The notes under the pieces are model-generated. The model worked only from the letters and a program-made list of their open reading frames with translations, did no database searches and was not told the origin of the DNA. From the NCBI GenBank assembly GCA_963844035.1, contig CAWJMT010000032.1, positions 1-64,000 on the forward strand: a stretch of DNA of 64,000 bases, in the 5' to 3' direction. Positions 10,902-20,821 of the stretch are shown here, piece after piece (the stretch's first letter is position 1; each line of letters opens with the position of its first letter). The translations under genes were made by a program, and so were the position numbers. Source of the DNA: an uncultured Gemmatimonadales bacterium (lineage in GTDB: Bacteria; Gemmatimonadota; Gemmatimonadetes; Gemmatimonadales; GWC2-71-9).

Positions 10902-12116
10902 ATGAAGATCGCCGAGCGGGTGCGCGCGCTGCTCGGCGGCGACGCCGTGCTCGAGGATACGGGGAGCCCGGACGGCGTGCCGCGGATCGCCCCCGCGTCG
11001 CCGGACGCCGTGGCGCTGCTGCTCGGCACGGCGCGCGCCGAGGGCTGGCGGGTCCGGGTCGAAGGCGCCGGCACGTGGATGCAGGCCGATGCGCCGGCCG
11101 ACCTCTCACTCACCACGCGGCGGCTGGACCGTGTCCCCTCGATCCAGCCCCAGGACCTCACCGCGACGGCCGAAGCGGGTATCGGCTGCGACCAGCTGCG
11201 CCAGCAGCTGGCCGACCACGGCGTCTGGCTGGCGCTCGATCCGCCGGGGCTCGCGGGCCGCACCCTCGGCTCCGTCGTCGCCACGGCGAGCGCGGGCCCG
11301 CTGCGGCACGGGTTCGGGCCGGTCCGCGATCATCTGCTCGGCGTGACCTTCGTGACCGGCGACGGGCGACTGATTCAGAGCGGCGGCCGCGTGATGAAGA
11401 ACGTCGCCGGGTACGATCTCACCCGGATGCAGGCGGGTGGGTTCGGCGCCTTCGGCGTGATCGTGCTGGTGCACCTGCGCCTGCGGGCGCTGCCGCGCGT
11501 GGACCAGACGCTGATTCTCGAAGGGTCGCGCGAGGACCTGTCGCGGATGGGCGACGACATCAGCGCGGCCGGTCTGACGCTGGCCGCGCTCGAGCTGCTG
11601 TCGCCCGCACTGGCGCGCCGCGAGCGGTGGGCGCTCGCCGTCCGCCTGGCGGGCTCCGCGCCGCTCGTCGCGGCCGAAGAGGCCGGCCTGCGCGCGGCTA
11701 CCGGTGGGTTGTTCACCGCGCTGCGAGCCGACGAGGCTCACGCCTTTTGGATGCGGGCGGCGGAGACGTTCGCCACCCGGCCGGTCGCGTTCCGCATCGG
11801 CGGCCTTCCCGACTCGAGCGACGAGCTGCTCGACCTGGTCCAGCATCAGGTGGGCGACGAGTGGGTATCGGCGAGCCCGGGGGTCGGCGCACTGCGCTGG
11901 GCGGGCGACGCGACGGTGGACCGGCTGCGGCGTCTGCGGCGGGCCCTCGCGGTGCTCGAGGTGCCGCTGACCGTCGAGCGCGCTCCCTGGGCCGTGCGGC
12001 GCGCGGTGGGACATTTCGGCGCGTACCGTGAAGGCGTCGGTCCGCTGGTCGCCGGCCTGCGGAGCACGTTCGACCCGGGCAACTCGCTCGCGGTCGCGAT
12101 CGAGAGCGATGGTTGA
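10902..12116 (+). CDS. glcE: FAD-binding oxidoreductase, GlcE-like
   Basis: [28 protein letters not shown] near C-terminus; lies between glcD and glcF. Confidence 0.85.
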   Translation: MKIAERVRALLGGDAVLEDTGSPDGVPRIAPASPDAVALLLGTARAEGWRVRVEGAGTWMQADAPADLSLTTRRLDRVPSIQPQDLTATAEAGIGCDQLRQQLADHGVWLALDPPGLAGRTLGSVVATASAGPLRHGFGPVRDHLLGVTFVTGDGRLIQSGGRVMKNVAGYDLTRMQAGGFGAFGVIVLVHLRLRALPRVDQTLILEGSREDLSRMGDDISAAGLTLAALELLSPALARRERWALAVRLAGSAPLVAAEEAGLRAATGGLFTALRADEAHAFWMRAAETFATRPVAFRIGGLPDSSDELLDLVQHQVGDEWVSASPGVGALRWAGDATVDRLRRLRRALAVLEVPLTVERAPWAVRRAVGHFGAYREGVGPLVAGLRSTFDPGNSLAVAIESDG

Positions 12117-13367
12117 CGCCCGGGGGGGGTTCGCCGCACTCGACACGTGCGTGCACTGCGGCTTCTGCCTCCAGGCCTGTCCCACCTTTCTCGCCACGGG
12201 CGACGAGGCCGACAGCCCGCGCGGCCGCATCGAGCTGATGCGCGCAGCTCGAGCGCGGCGAGCTCGCTCCGCACGATCCCGTTCGTCGCGACCCACCTCG
12301 ATCGCTGCCTCGGCTGCCGCGGCTGCGAGCCGGTGTGCCCGTCTGGCGTGGGCTACGGGCGCGGCCTCGAAGCGGCCCGCGAGCTGATCGCACACTCGCG
12401 CCCCCTCCCCTGGCTCGCGCGCGCGGCCTTGAGCGCGTTCACGACACCGCCGGACTGTCGCGGGTCGTGTACGCGCTCGGCCGCGTGCTGCGGGCGACCG
12501 GAATTCCCGGGTGCTCGCGGGATGGGGGACGCTGCGGTTCGCGATGGGGATGCTCGCCGCGACGAAGCCGGTTAGGCGGTAAGGCGGTTCGGATCGGTAA
12601 GGCGCGCCGGCGATTCCACCGTCCCACTATCCGCCTAACCGTCTGACCGTCTTCCTGTTTCGCGGCTGCATCATGGACGGCTACTTCGCGCACGTCCACG
12701 ACGCCACGATCCGCACGCTCACGGTGAACGGGTACGACGTGCGGGAGGTGCCCGGACAGGTGTGCTGCGGGGCGTTGCACGTGCACGCGGGGCTGGCCGG
12801 AAGGCGCAGGTACTCATGCGCCGCAACGTCGCGGCCTTCGGCGACGGGGACGTCGGCGTCGTCGTCAACAGCGCCGGGTGCGGGGCGACGATGAAGGAGT
12901 ACGGGCATCTGCTCGACCGCGGGGCGAGGGCGGAGAAGTTCGCCGCGCGCGTCCGCGACGTCACCGAGCTGCTGGCCGAGCGCGGCCCGGCGCCCGGCGC
13001 CCCACTCGACCTGCGGGTCGCCTACGATCCCCCCTGCCATCTGCTGCACGCGCAGCGGATCGCGGACGCGCCGCTACGCCTGTTCCAGGCGATCCCGGTG
13101 CTGCAGCTGGTCTCGACGCCCGACGCCGCCCAGTGCTGCGGCAGCGCCGGCCTGTTCACGCTCGTCCAGCCCGAGATGTCGCGCGCCGTACTCGGCCCCA
13201 AACTCGCCTCGCTGCGCGAGGCGGCGCCGCAGGTCGTCGCGACGGGCAACCCCGGGTGCCTGATGCAGCTCGGTGCGGGGCTCGCCGCCGCCGGCATCTC
13301 GGCGCGCGCGCGTCATCCGGTCGAGCTGCTGGACGACTCGTATCGCGCGGCGGGCTTCTATGACTGA
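12109..13367 (+). CDS. glcF: Fe-S/CCG-domain protein, GlcF-like (multiple frameshifts)
   Basis: [64 protein letters not shown]. Confidence 0.9.
12569..12652. repeat. Degenerate octamer (CGGTAAGG / CCTAACCG) inverted tandem arrays inside glcF linker
   Basis: cggttagg cggtaagg cggttcgg atcggtaagg ... actatccg cctaaccg tctgaccg. Confidence 0.75.
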
Positions 13368-14034
13368 TGCGGATGGCGCGATCCTGTTCGACTTCAACGG
13401 CGTGATCGTGGACGACGAGGAGCAGCATCGCATCACCCTCGACGCGCTGCTGGCGGACGAAGGAATCGCGCTCACCCGCGCGCAGTACTACGAGGAGTAC
13501 CTCGGCTGGAACGACCGGATGTCGTTCGTGGCGGCGTTCCAGCACGCCGGCAAGCCGCTCGCCGACCGGCGTCTCGACGCGCTCGTCGCCGAGAAGTCGC
13601 GGCGCTACGAGCGCCTGATCGCAGAGTCTCTCACGCTGGTCCCGGGTGCGGTGGAGTTCGTCGCGCGCGCTGCCGCAGGCTGGCGACTGGCCATCGTGTC
13701 GGGCGCGCTGCGGCGGGAGATCGAGCAGGTGCTCGAGCGCGCCGGACTGCGCCGCCACTTCGAGGTCGTCGTCGCCGCGGAAGACGTGGCGCGCTGCAAG
13801 CCCGACCCCGCCGGCTACCAGGCAGCCCTCGCGGCACTTTCCGCGCGCCGGCCCCTGGCCGTGAGCCGCTCGGCCGCGATCGAGGATTCGTTGCCCGGTC
13901 TCGCTGCTGCACGCGCCGCCGGCCTGCGCTGCACGATGCTCACCACCAGTCACGATCCGGCGACCCTCTCCGCAGCGGATGCGGTGTGGCACTCGTTCAC
14001 CGGCCACGACCCCGCCGAGCTGTTCCCGTGGTAA
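13360..14034 (+). CDS. HAD family phosphatase
   Basis: LFDFNGVIVDDE motif I, KPDP, IEDS..G..AARAAG. Confidence 0.9.
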   Translation: MTDADGAILFDFNGVIVDDEEQHRITLDALLADEGIALTRAQYYEEYLGWNDRMSFVAAFQHAGKPLADRRLDALVAEKSRRYERLIAESLTLVPGAVEFVARAAAGWRLAIVSGALRREIEQVLERAGLRRHFEVVVAAEDVARCKPDPAGYQAALAALSARRPLAVSRSAAIEDSLPGLAAARAAGLRCTMLTTSHDPATLSAADAVWHSFTGHDPAELFPW

Positions 14035-15044
14035 GACTCGGCCCCGACGCGGTCACGCCGGTGCTGCTGACGGCGCTGCAAACGGGAGCGGTATTCGCGC
14101 GCGCCGACACCGGCGTCCTGACCCTCGCCGGGCCGGGGGCGGCGGCATCGCTGCAGGGCTTGCTGACCAACGATATCGAGAAGCCGGGGGACGGCGCGTT
14201 CATCTATGGCGCGATGCTCACGCCCAAGGGCATGATCGTGGTGGACGGCTGGGCTGCGCGTCAGGGCACGACGGTGACCTATACAGTGCCGGCCGACCAG
14301 CGCCAGGCCGCGCTCGCCATCTTCACGCGTTCAATCCCACCGCGCCTGGCGCGCACCCGCGACCGGACGGCGGAGGTCGTGGTGTTCCGGCTCGCCGGGC
14401 CCCAGGTGCTGGCGAAGGCCCAGGCGGCGGGCCTCGCGATCCCGCCCGGCCCGGGCCGCGGTACTGTCCGTGACGCTCGGCGACGCCGCGTGCGACGTGG
14501 CGCGCGCCAGCGACCAGGCACCGTTCGTCCTGCAGGTCACCGCTCCCGCGGCCGCCGCTGCGCGCGGTGGCTCAACGGCTCTCGGCGGCCGGAATGCTCG
14601 CGGCCGAACCCGTGGCGCTCGAATGCGCGCCGGATTCTCGGCGGGTGGCCGCGGGTCGGCGCCGAAGTGGACGAGAAGACGATCCCGCAGGAGGTCCGGT
14701 TCGAGGAGCTGGGCGGTGTTTCGTTCACGAAGGGTTGCTACACCGGGCAGGAGACGGTCTCGCGCCTGCATTTTCGCGGCCACGTGAACCGCCACCTCCG
14801 CGGGCTGTTGTTCGACGCCGAGCCGGCGGACGGGGTGGGCAGCGTGCTCTACCAGGATCGCGACGCGGGCCGGGTGACCGGCGTCGCATGGATTCCCGAG
14901 CTGCGCATATCGGGCGGGGGCCGTTGGATCGGCCTCGCCATGGTTCGCCGCGAGGTGGACGCTGGGATGGTGGTTCGCGCCGGGGGTCGTGACGCCCGCG
15001 TCGTCGATCTTCCGTTCGCCCTGCCCTTCACCGGCCCCGCCTGA
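14028..15044 (+). CDS. YgfZ/GcvT-like folate-binding protein (compensating frameshifts)
   Basis: LQGLLTND, LTPKG, SFTKGCYTGQE signature. Confidence 0.88.
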   Translation: MVRLGPDAVTPVLLTALQTGAVFARADTGVLTLAGPGAAASLQGLLTNDIEKPGDGAFIYGAMLTPKGMIVVDGWAARQGTTVTYTVPADQRQAALAIFTRSIPPRLARTRDRTAEVVVFRLAGPQVLAKAQAAGLAIPPGPGRGTVRDARRRRVRRGARQRPGTVRPAGHRSRGRRCARWLNGSRRPECSRPNPWRSNARRILGGWPRVGAEVDEKTIPQEVRFEELGGVSFTKGCYTGQETVSRLHFRGHVNRHLRGLLFDAEPADGVGSVLYQDRDAGRVTGVAWIPELRISGGGRWIGLAMVRREVDAGMVVRAGGRDARVVDLPFALPFTGPA

Positions 15045-15052
15045 GGCCAACG

Positions 15053-15077
15053 AAAAGCCCGGGCGCGAGGCCCGGGC
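15053..15077 (-). terminator. Terminator between convergent genes
   Basis: aaaa gcccggg cgcgagg cccgggc: hairpin followed by T-run on minus strand. Confidence 0.6.
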
Positions 15078-15111
15078 GTCGTGCGCGGCATTGGCTGCTG
15101 CGCGCCTGCAG

Positions 15112-15273
15112 CTACTTCTTCGAGGTGTCCGCCATCATCATCATGTGCGATGTGTCGGCCGACATCATCATCTGGCTGGACGTATCAGGCACTGAGGCGG
15201 CGGTGGCGGGCTGCTCGGCCTTCTTACACGCGGCCATGGCCACGACGGCCAGGACGAATGCCGTGCGCTTCAT
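15112..15273 (-). CDS. Small (53 aa) Met-rich lipoprotein
   Basis: MKRTAFVLAVVAMAAC lipobox; SSQMMMSADTSHMMMMADTSKK; AAGGAG RBS and own promoter motif. Confidence 0.8.
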   Translation of the reverse strand: MKRTAFVLAVVAMAACKKAEQPATAASVPDTSSQMMMSADTSHMMMMADTSKK

Positions 15274-15329
15274 GCGTGCTCCTTCATCTATGGAATGGTG
15301 AAGGTGACTGCGGGTGTCGGGCGCGCCGT

Positions 15330-15357
15330 AACCTATCCGGCGCGCCCTGCACGTCAA
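15330..15357 (-). promoter_or_regulatory. Putative promoter of small lipoprotein
   Basis: TTGACG + 16 nt + TAGGTT. Confidence 0.55.
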
Positions 15358-15364
15358 GCGCCGC

Positions 15365-15838
15365 CTACTGTTTCACCCCGAGATAGTTGATCAGCGCCTC
15401 AATCTCCGAATCGCTCAGCGTCATGTTCGGCATCTTGAGGCCCTTCGCCTCGGCCGTCATCGCGATCGCGGTCGAGTCTGAGACGCGCATTGCGGCCGGG
15501 TCCTTCAACCAGCGCCGCAACCAGCCGCGGTCCCGGCGCTCGGTGACGCCGCCCAGGTCCGGACCCGACTGTTTTCCGCCGGGACGCCGGTGCGGTTCTT
15601 CTCCAGCCTTGGCGATGTTATGGCATGCGGCGCACCCCTTGTCCTTATACAGGGTCGCTCCCCGCTCCGCGCTGATCGAATCGGCACTCATGTGAGCGTC
15701 GGCCATCATCGTGTGAGAGGTATCGGCCATCATCATCTGGCTGGACGTGTCGGGCACGGAAGCGGCGGAGGAGGGCTGCTCGCCCTTCTTACACCCGGCC
15801 ATGGCGAACACGGCAAGGACAAATGCCATGCACTTCAT
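15365..15838 (-). CDS. Lipoprotein class I cytochrome c with Met/His-rich N-terminal linker
   Basis: Lipobox AMAGC, CAACH heme motif, GPDL.GV..RR...WL..WLKDP, MPN distal Met; AAGGAG RBS. Confidence 0.9.
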   Translation of the reverse strand: MKCMAFVLAVFAMAGCKKGEQPSSAASVPDTSSQMMMADTSHTMMADAHMSADSISAERGATLYKDKGCAACHNIAKAGEEPHRRPGGKQSGPDLGGVTERRDRGWLRRWLKDPAAMRVSDSTAIAMTAEAKGLKMPNMTLSDSEIEALINYLGVKQ

Positions 15839-15894
15839 ACGGACTCCTTCATCATATTGAAGAGATTGGATCGTTAGAGCTGGGGTCGCAGGGC

Positions 15895-15923
15895 AACCTA
15901 TGTGTCGGGTCACCCCCGTTCAA
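15895..15923 (-). promoter_or_regulatory. Putative promoter of cytochrome c
   Basis: TTGAAC + 17 nt + TAGGTT, same distance to ATG as in the paralog. Confidence 0.5.
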
Positions 15924-15967
15924 TGCCGATTTGGAACTACGTCGAACGATGGAGGCGCAACGTTGCG

Positions 15968-18925
15968 ATGACGGATCGTCGCAGTTTCTTGGGTTGGATG
16001 GGATTGACGGCGGCCGCCGCGACGCCCGAGGTTCGCGCGACGCGCGACGGTGTTGTCACGGTCGACGCGCGCGCCACGCCGCTGTACCAGCAACCGGACG
16101 GCCGCAACAACCTGCTGCGCGTGACCGTTGCCGGGCTGGACGCGCCCGCCGCCCGCGCGCGGGTGATCGACCGCCGCGGCACCCCGGTGGGAACGGCGGG
16201 CCTCCTGCCAACCGGTGCTGGAACGGTGCTCGCGGGCGAAGTGTGGGTACCCCTCCCCGGGCCATCCGAGTTTGAGATCGAGGTCGAAGTCGCCAAGAAG
16301 CGCGTGGCCCGGGCGCGCGTGCGCGTGGTCCCCCCACGCCGCTGGACGCTGTACTGGCTGGCCTCCAATCGCACCGACATCGGCTCGACCGACCTTCAGG
16401 AGCGCTGCATCGAGATCCACCGCTCGAACCTCGATGCCGCTGTCGCCCGACTGCCCGCGCATCCCGCGTCTCGCTGGACGGCCGAGTGCGCCTACCAGGT
16501 GCATCTCCTATGTGGAGAATCGGTCCGAACCAGCGGTCGAAGGGCTGTTGCAGGCGATTCGCAACGGCAAGGTCGGATTTCAGGCGCTGTTCGCGAACCT
16601 GCTGACCGGATTGCTCGACCACGAGACGTACGCGCGGCTGGTCTGGCCCGCGGGGCGCCTGGCGCGCGAGCGCGGGCTCGCGTTTGCCGGCGCGCAAGTC
16701 AGCGGCGTCCCGGGACAGCCGGCCACGTTCCCGAGCCTGCTCGCGGCGAGCGGTGTCCGCTACCTCGCCACGAGCGTGGACCCCGAGCGCGCCGTGCCGT
16801 TGCTCGACCCCGACGACGCTGCGCGCTATCACCTCAGCGGGCAATGGACCAACTACCCGCAGCTCTACTGGTGGGAGGGTCCGGACGGGGGCCGCGTGCT
16901 CCATTGGCGCGGCGCGCGCACCGGCAGCGGCCTGCGGTTCGGATTCGACCAGGGAGCGGACGTCATGGCCCGGCGCTTGTCCGACTGGCTGATGTCCGAT
17001 CCGGTGCTGCTGTCGCCGGGCTACCCGTACGACGTGGCGTTGCTCCACGGGGCACAAGGGACGAACGCCTGGTGGACGAGCGGCTGGTGGACAACGTGGA
17101 GGAGTTCAACCGGCGTTTCGCCTACCCGAACATCGTGCAGGCGCGGGCGGAGGACTTTTTCCGCGAGATCGAGCGGCGCTACGGCGCCCGCCTCCCGGTG
17201 CGGCGCGGTGACACCGGCTGTTATAAGGAAGACGGCGCCGCGTCCACCGCCGCCGAGCTGGCGCTGTTCCGGAGCCTCCAGCTGGCGGCGCGGGCGGCGG
17301 ACCTGCTCGCGCTGTGGGACGACCGCACCGAGCCGCGCGACGGCACCGCCGGCGTGCGGATTCGGGACCGGGCCGCCGAGCGCGGCACCGCATGGCAGGA
17401 CCTGCTGCTGTTCGGCGAGCACACCTGGGGCGCGCGGACCAGCGTCTCCGATCCCGAGGGCCGGCAGACCGTGGCGCAGTGGCACTACAAGCAGCGCTAC
17501 CTCGACTCGGCAAGCGCGGCGGTCGAACAGCAGCTCGCCGACGGTCTGCTGCGCATCGGAAAAGGCACGGAAAAAGGCATGGGGCGCGTCGTGTTCAACG
17601 CATCGACTTGGACGCGCAGCGACATCGCCCGTGTGCGCCTCGGCGCGGGCAGGCGCCTTACCTACGGAGACCGCGAGTTCCCATCCGTTGATCTCCCCGA
17701 CGGCTCGGCCCTCGTGGTGATGCGGGACGTCCCCGCCCTGGGGTATCTCCGCCTCACCGAGAGTGACCGGCCGGCCAGTCTCCCGGTGGATGACGGGGAG
17801 ACGCTGGACGCCGAGGCGGGCGGTTTTCGCGTCACACTCGACCCAAAGAGCGGGGCCATCCGCTCGCTCAAGGGCCCGGACGGAAAGGAACGGGTGAACC
17901 CGACCACGTGGTCGGGTCTGAACCAGATCGTGTACGCCGCAGGTGGCGCCCGCAGCGCTCTCTGGACCGAGGCGGGGGGCGAGGGGTTGAACACGCCACC
18001 CGAGCTGCGGATTACCCAGAGCACCCTCGTCAAGGCGCGGCGCGAGCGACTCCCGGGGATCGGCGTGCGCCTCGTGACCGAGCGCGCATTGCCGGGCTTT
18101 CCGTCGGTCACCTCGGTCGTGACGCTGTACGACGAGCTCCCCTGGATCGACATCGAGAACCGTTTCACCAAGACGGCGACGCTCGAAAAGGAAGCGCTCT
18201 ACGTCGCGTTTCCGTTCGCACTCACCAAACCCACTGTGGAGGTCGAGGTACCGCTCGGGCGGATGACGGTGGAGCAGGATCAACAGCCGGGGAGCGGCCG
18301 GGATTGGTTCTGTCACACCCACTGGGTGTGGCTGCACGCGGGCGTGGAGGGTGTGCTCTGGAGCGGGCCCGACACCCCGCTCTTCACGCTCAACGACATT
18401 TGCCGCGGAGCGGCGCGCCGGCGGATCGATCCCGATGGAACCCTTTTCGCCTATGTGATGAACAACTACTGGGCGACGAACTTCGCAGCGCGCCAGGGGG
18501 GCGAGCTGCGGTGCCGGTTCCGTCTCTCGCTGCTCGGCACTGGTGGCGACGCGGCGGAACCGGTGCGCCGCGGCTGGGCGGCGGCCGACCCACTGTACGT
18601 GAGCGCCCCCTTTACCAGCGCGGGCACAGGTCCGCTGATCGGGAAGGACAGCGCCTTGTTGCTGAGCGATCCTGGAGCGATGGTGCTCGGCGCCAAACGC
18701 GCCGATGACGGCGACGGCGCGATCGTAAAGTTGCTCGACGTGGCAGGCACGTCGCGCCAGGTCGGCGTCTGGCCCGCAGCGTACACCTTTACCCAGGCGC
18801 GCCGCGTGGATCTGGTCGAGCGCAACAGCGGCACGCTGGCCGTTGCCGCCGACCGGCATGCCACCCTCAACCTCGGGGCCTGGGGCGTAGCGGCGGCGCG
18901 ACTCTCGACACCGTCCGGCACGTAA
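15968..18925 (+). CDS. Tat-exported GH38 (alpha-mannosidase)-like protein, catalytic motifs degenerate (compensating frameshifts ~16500 and ~17060)
   Basis: DRRSFLG Tat motif; RRWTLY..SNRTDIG; YWWEGPDGGRVL; EDGAAS; EHTWG; KEALYVAFPF; YVMNNYW.TNF.ARQGG. Confidence 0.75.
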   Translation: MTDRRSFLGWMGLTAAAATPEVRATRDGVVTVDARATPLYQQPDGRNNLLRVTVAGLDAPAARARVIDRRGTPVGTAGLLPTGAGTVLAGEVWVPLPGPSEFEIEVEVAKKRVARARVRVVPPRRWTLYWLASNRTDIGSTDLQERCIEIHRSNLDAAVARLPAHPASRWTAECAYQVHLLCGESVRTSGRRAVAGDSQRQGRISGAVREPADRIARPRDVRAAGLARGAPGARARARVCRRASQRRPGTAGHVPEPARGERCPLPRHERGPRARRAVARPRRRCALSPQRAMDQLPAALLVGGSGRGPRAPLARRAHRQRPAVRIRPGSGRHGPALVRLADVRSGAAVAGLPVRRGVAPRGTRDERLVDERLVDNVEEFNRRFAYPNIVQARAEDFFREIERRYGARLPVRRGDTGCYKEDGAASTAAELALFRSLQLAARAADLLALWDDRTEPRDGTAGVRIRDRAAERGTAWQDLLLFGEHTWGARTSVSDPEGRQTVAQWHYKQRYLDSASAAVEQQLADGLLRIGKGTEKGMGRVVFNASTWTRSDIARVRLGAGRRLTYGDREFPSVDLPDGSALVVMRDVPALGYLRLTESDRPASLPVDDGETLDAEAGGFRVTLDPKSGAIRSLKGPDGKERVNPTTWSGLNQIVYAAGGARSALWTEAGGEGLNTPPELRITQSTLVKARRERLPGIGVRLVTERALPGFPSVTSVVTLYDELPWIDIENRFTKTATLEKEALYVAFPFALTKPTVEVEVPLGRMTVEQDQQPGSGRDWFCHTHWVWLHAGVEGVLWSGPDTPLFTLNDICRGAARRRIDPDGTLFAYVMNNYWATNFAARQGGELRCRFRLSLLGTGGDAAEPVRRGWAAADPLYVSAPFTSAGTGPLIGKDSALLLSDPGAMVLGAKRADDGDGAIVKLLDVAGTSRQVGVWPAAYTFTQARRVDLVERNSGTLAVAADRHATLNLGAWGVAAARLSTPSGT

Positions 18926-18979
18926 CACTTTCATACGGTTGCACCTGGTGACGCCGGTGATTAGTCTCGTCCCAATCCC

Positions 18980-19751
18980 ATGACCAAGCTCGTGATGCAG
19001 AGATCACCGCGTGCCGGTGTGTGGCCAACATGGCGTCGCACGGCGCTGGTGACGGCGACGCTCGCCCTGGCGGCATGCTCGGCCGCCCAGGGACAGGCGA
19101 TCCTGGTGCTCCTGTTCGGCGACAAGTTCGCCTCCGGAGAAAATGCAGGGAGGAATCAAAGTCGACCTCGCCTGGTCCACCCTCTCGGGGCTGCCGAATG
19201 CGGAACGCCTGCGGTCATTCGCGGTAGGAGGGTTCCTGGAGCTGAAGCTCGGGACCCGTTTCTCGCTGCAGCCCGAGTTCACCTTCAAGTTCCCGGCGGG
19301 CGCCAAGGGGCTGCCGTTCACCCCGACCGGTGATGCTCACGTAGACAGTGCCTTTGCGGTCGCGAGCGATGTGACGGTCGCGCGCACGCTGGGTTACGTG
19401 ACTGTCCCACTCCTGGCCAAGGTGACGTTCGGTCGCTTGCGCCTGGGCGCTGGTCCGCAGCTCGGGTATGTTGTGAAAGCGTTTGACCATTACACCGGCA
19501 GCGTGGCGCGGGAGAACGATCTGACGTACGACGTGGCGTTGTGGTCACGGGTCAATCGCTGGGACGCAGGGGTCAGCGTGCTGGCGGAGTTCGCGCTCTC
19601 GGGAAAACCCGGGCTCCAGAGCCTGCGGGTGCGCGCCAATTGGTACCACGCCTTCACTGACGCCTTGAGCGACGCGCCGGGCACGAACGACATTCTGGCA
19701 CTCGGCCTGGGAATCCCCATCGGCGGACCGAAGGCCGCAGCTCAGCCATGA
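18980..19751 (+). CDS. Porin-family / outer membrane beta-barrel protein (frameshift ~19140)
   Basis: Signal peptide, QAILVLLFGDK, FSLQPEF, LGYVTVPLLAK, LGAGPQLGY; TTGCAC-17-TAGTCT promoter upstream. Confidence 0.7.
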
Positions 19752-20775
19752 CGCCACATCCGATCGGTCGCTTCCTTGGGCGCTTCCTGGGGCGCTTCCT
19801 GGGGGTGATCCTCGCGGGCGCGGCGCTCATCCTGCCCGCGTCGCTCCCCGCCCAGGAACCGGACATGAGCTTGAGCCAGCAGGAGCGCGACAGCCTGCTC
19901 AAGGACTACGACCAGATCTTCCCGATCTGGGGCCGCAAGGCGCTCGAGCGGGGGTTCCAGACGCCGCTGCCGCTCGGGTTCAACGTCGGCTTCTACTCCA
20001 TGAGGCAGGACATCGAGATCTCGAACCTGGGCATCGGGTTCAACAAGCCGGCGCAGCCCGTCAGCTTCATCACGTTCGAGGGCGCCAGCGCCCGGCTGGA
20101 TCTCGTCAACGCCCGGATGGATTTGTGGCTGTTTCCGTTCCTCAATGTGTACGGCATCGTGGGCACCGGCAGTGGGACCACCACCGTGAGGATCGCGGAA
20201 CCGGTCGCGTTCGAGACCAGGGCGGACTTCGACGGCGCCAGTCGGCGGATTCGGACTCACCGGGGTGTACGGGATGCGGAATTTCTTCGGCGTGGTGGAC
20301 TTCAACCATCAGTGGGGCTTCTCGAGTTTGCTCGACAACCCCGTGCCCGCCAACATCCTCAGTATGAGGCTGGGCCGGAGGGTGCGCTTCGGAGGCCACA
20401 AGAACGTTCGCGCCACGGTGTGGCTGGGCACGATGTATCAGGCGCTCGAGAGCGAGACCAACGGCAGCATCAAGCTGTCGGAGGTGCTGCCCGCAGGATC
20501 CGACAGCCTCTTCAACGGCTACCAGAGTGCCCCGTGGTACATGGACCTCGGCCCAGCCCAGAGAGCCCTGGTGGACGAATTCGTGCAGCGGCTCGGCTCG
20601 GGACTCGATACCACGGTCGTGAACTACACGCCTGAACAAGTCGCTCGCCGATCCCTGGAACATGCTCTTCGGCGGCACCGTCGACGTGGGACGCCACTGG
20701 GGTGTGCGCTACGAGCTCGGGTTCATCGGGCGCAAGTCCCTGATGGTGATGGGCAACTACCGCATCGCCTTCTGA
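19748..20775 (+). CDS. Secreted/outer membrane beta-barrel protein (frameshifted)
   Basis: Signal peptide, FPIWGRKALERGF..PLPLG, RMDLWLFPFLNVYG, ends NYRIAF. Confidence 0.7.
19767..19805 (+). repeat. 12-bp tandem repeat (GRFL x3) in signal peptide
   Basis: ggtcgcttcctt gggcgcttcctg gggcgcttcctg ggg. Confidence 0.8.
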
Positions 20776-20821
20776 CGAACCGCGCTGTACCGATCTCCTG
20801 ACCGCCGCTCAATCTCCGCTC

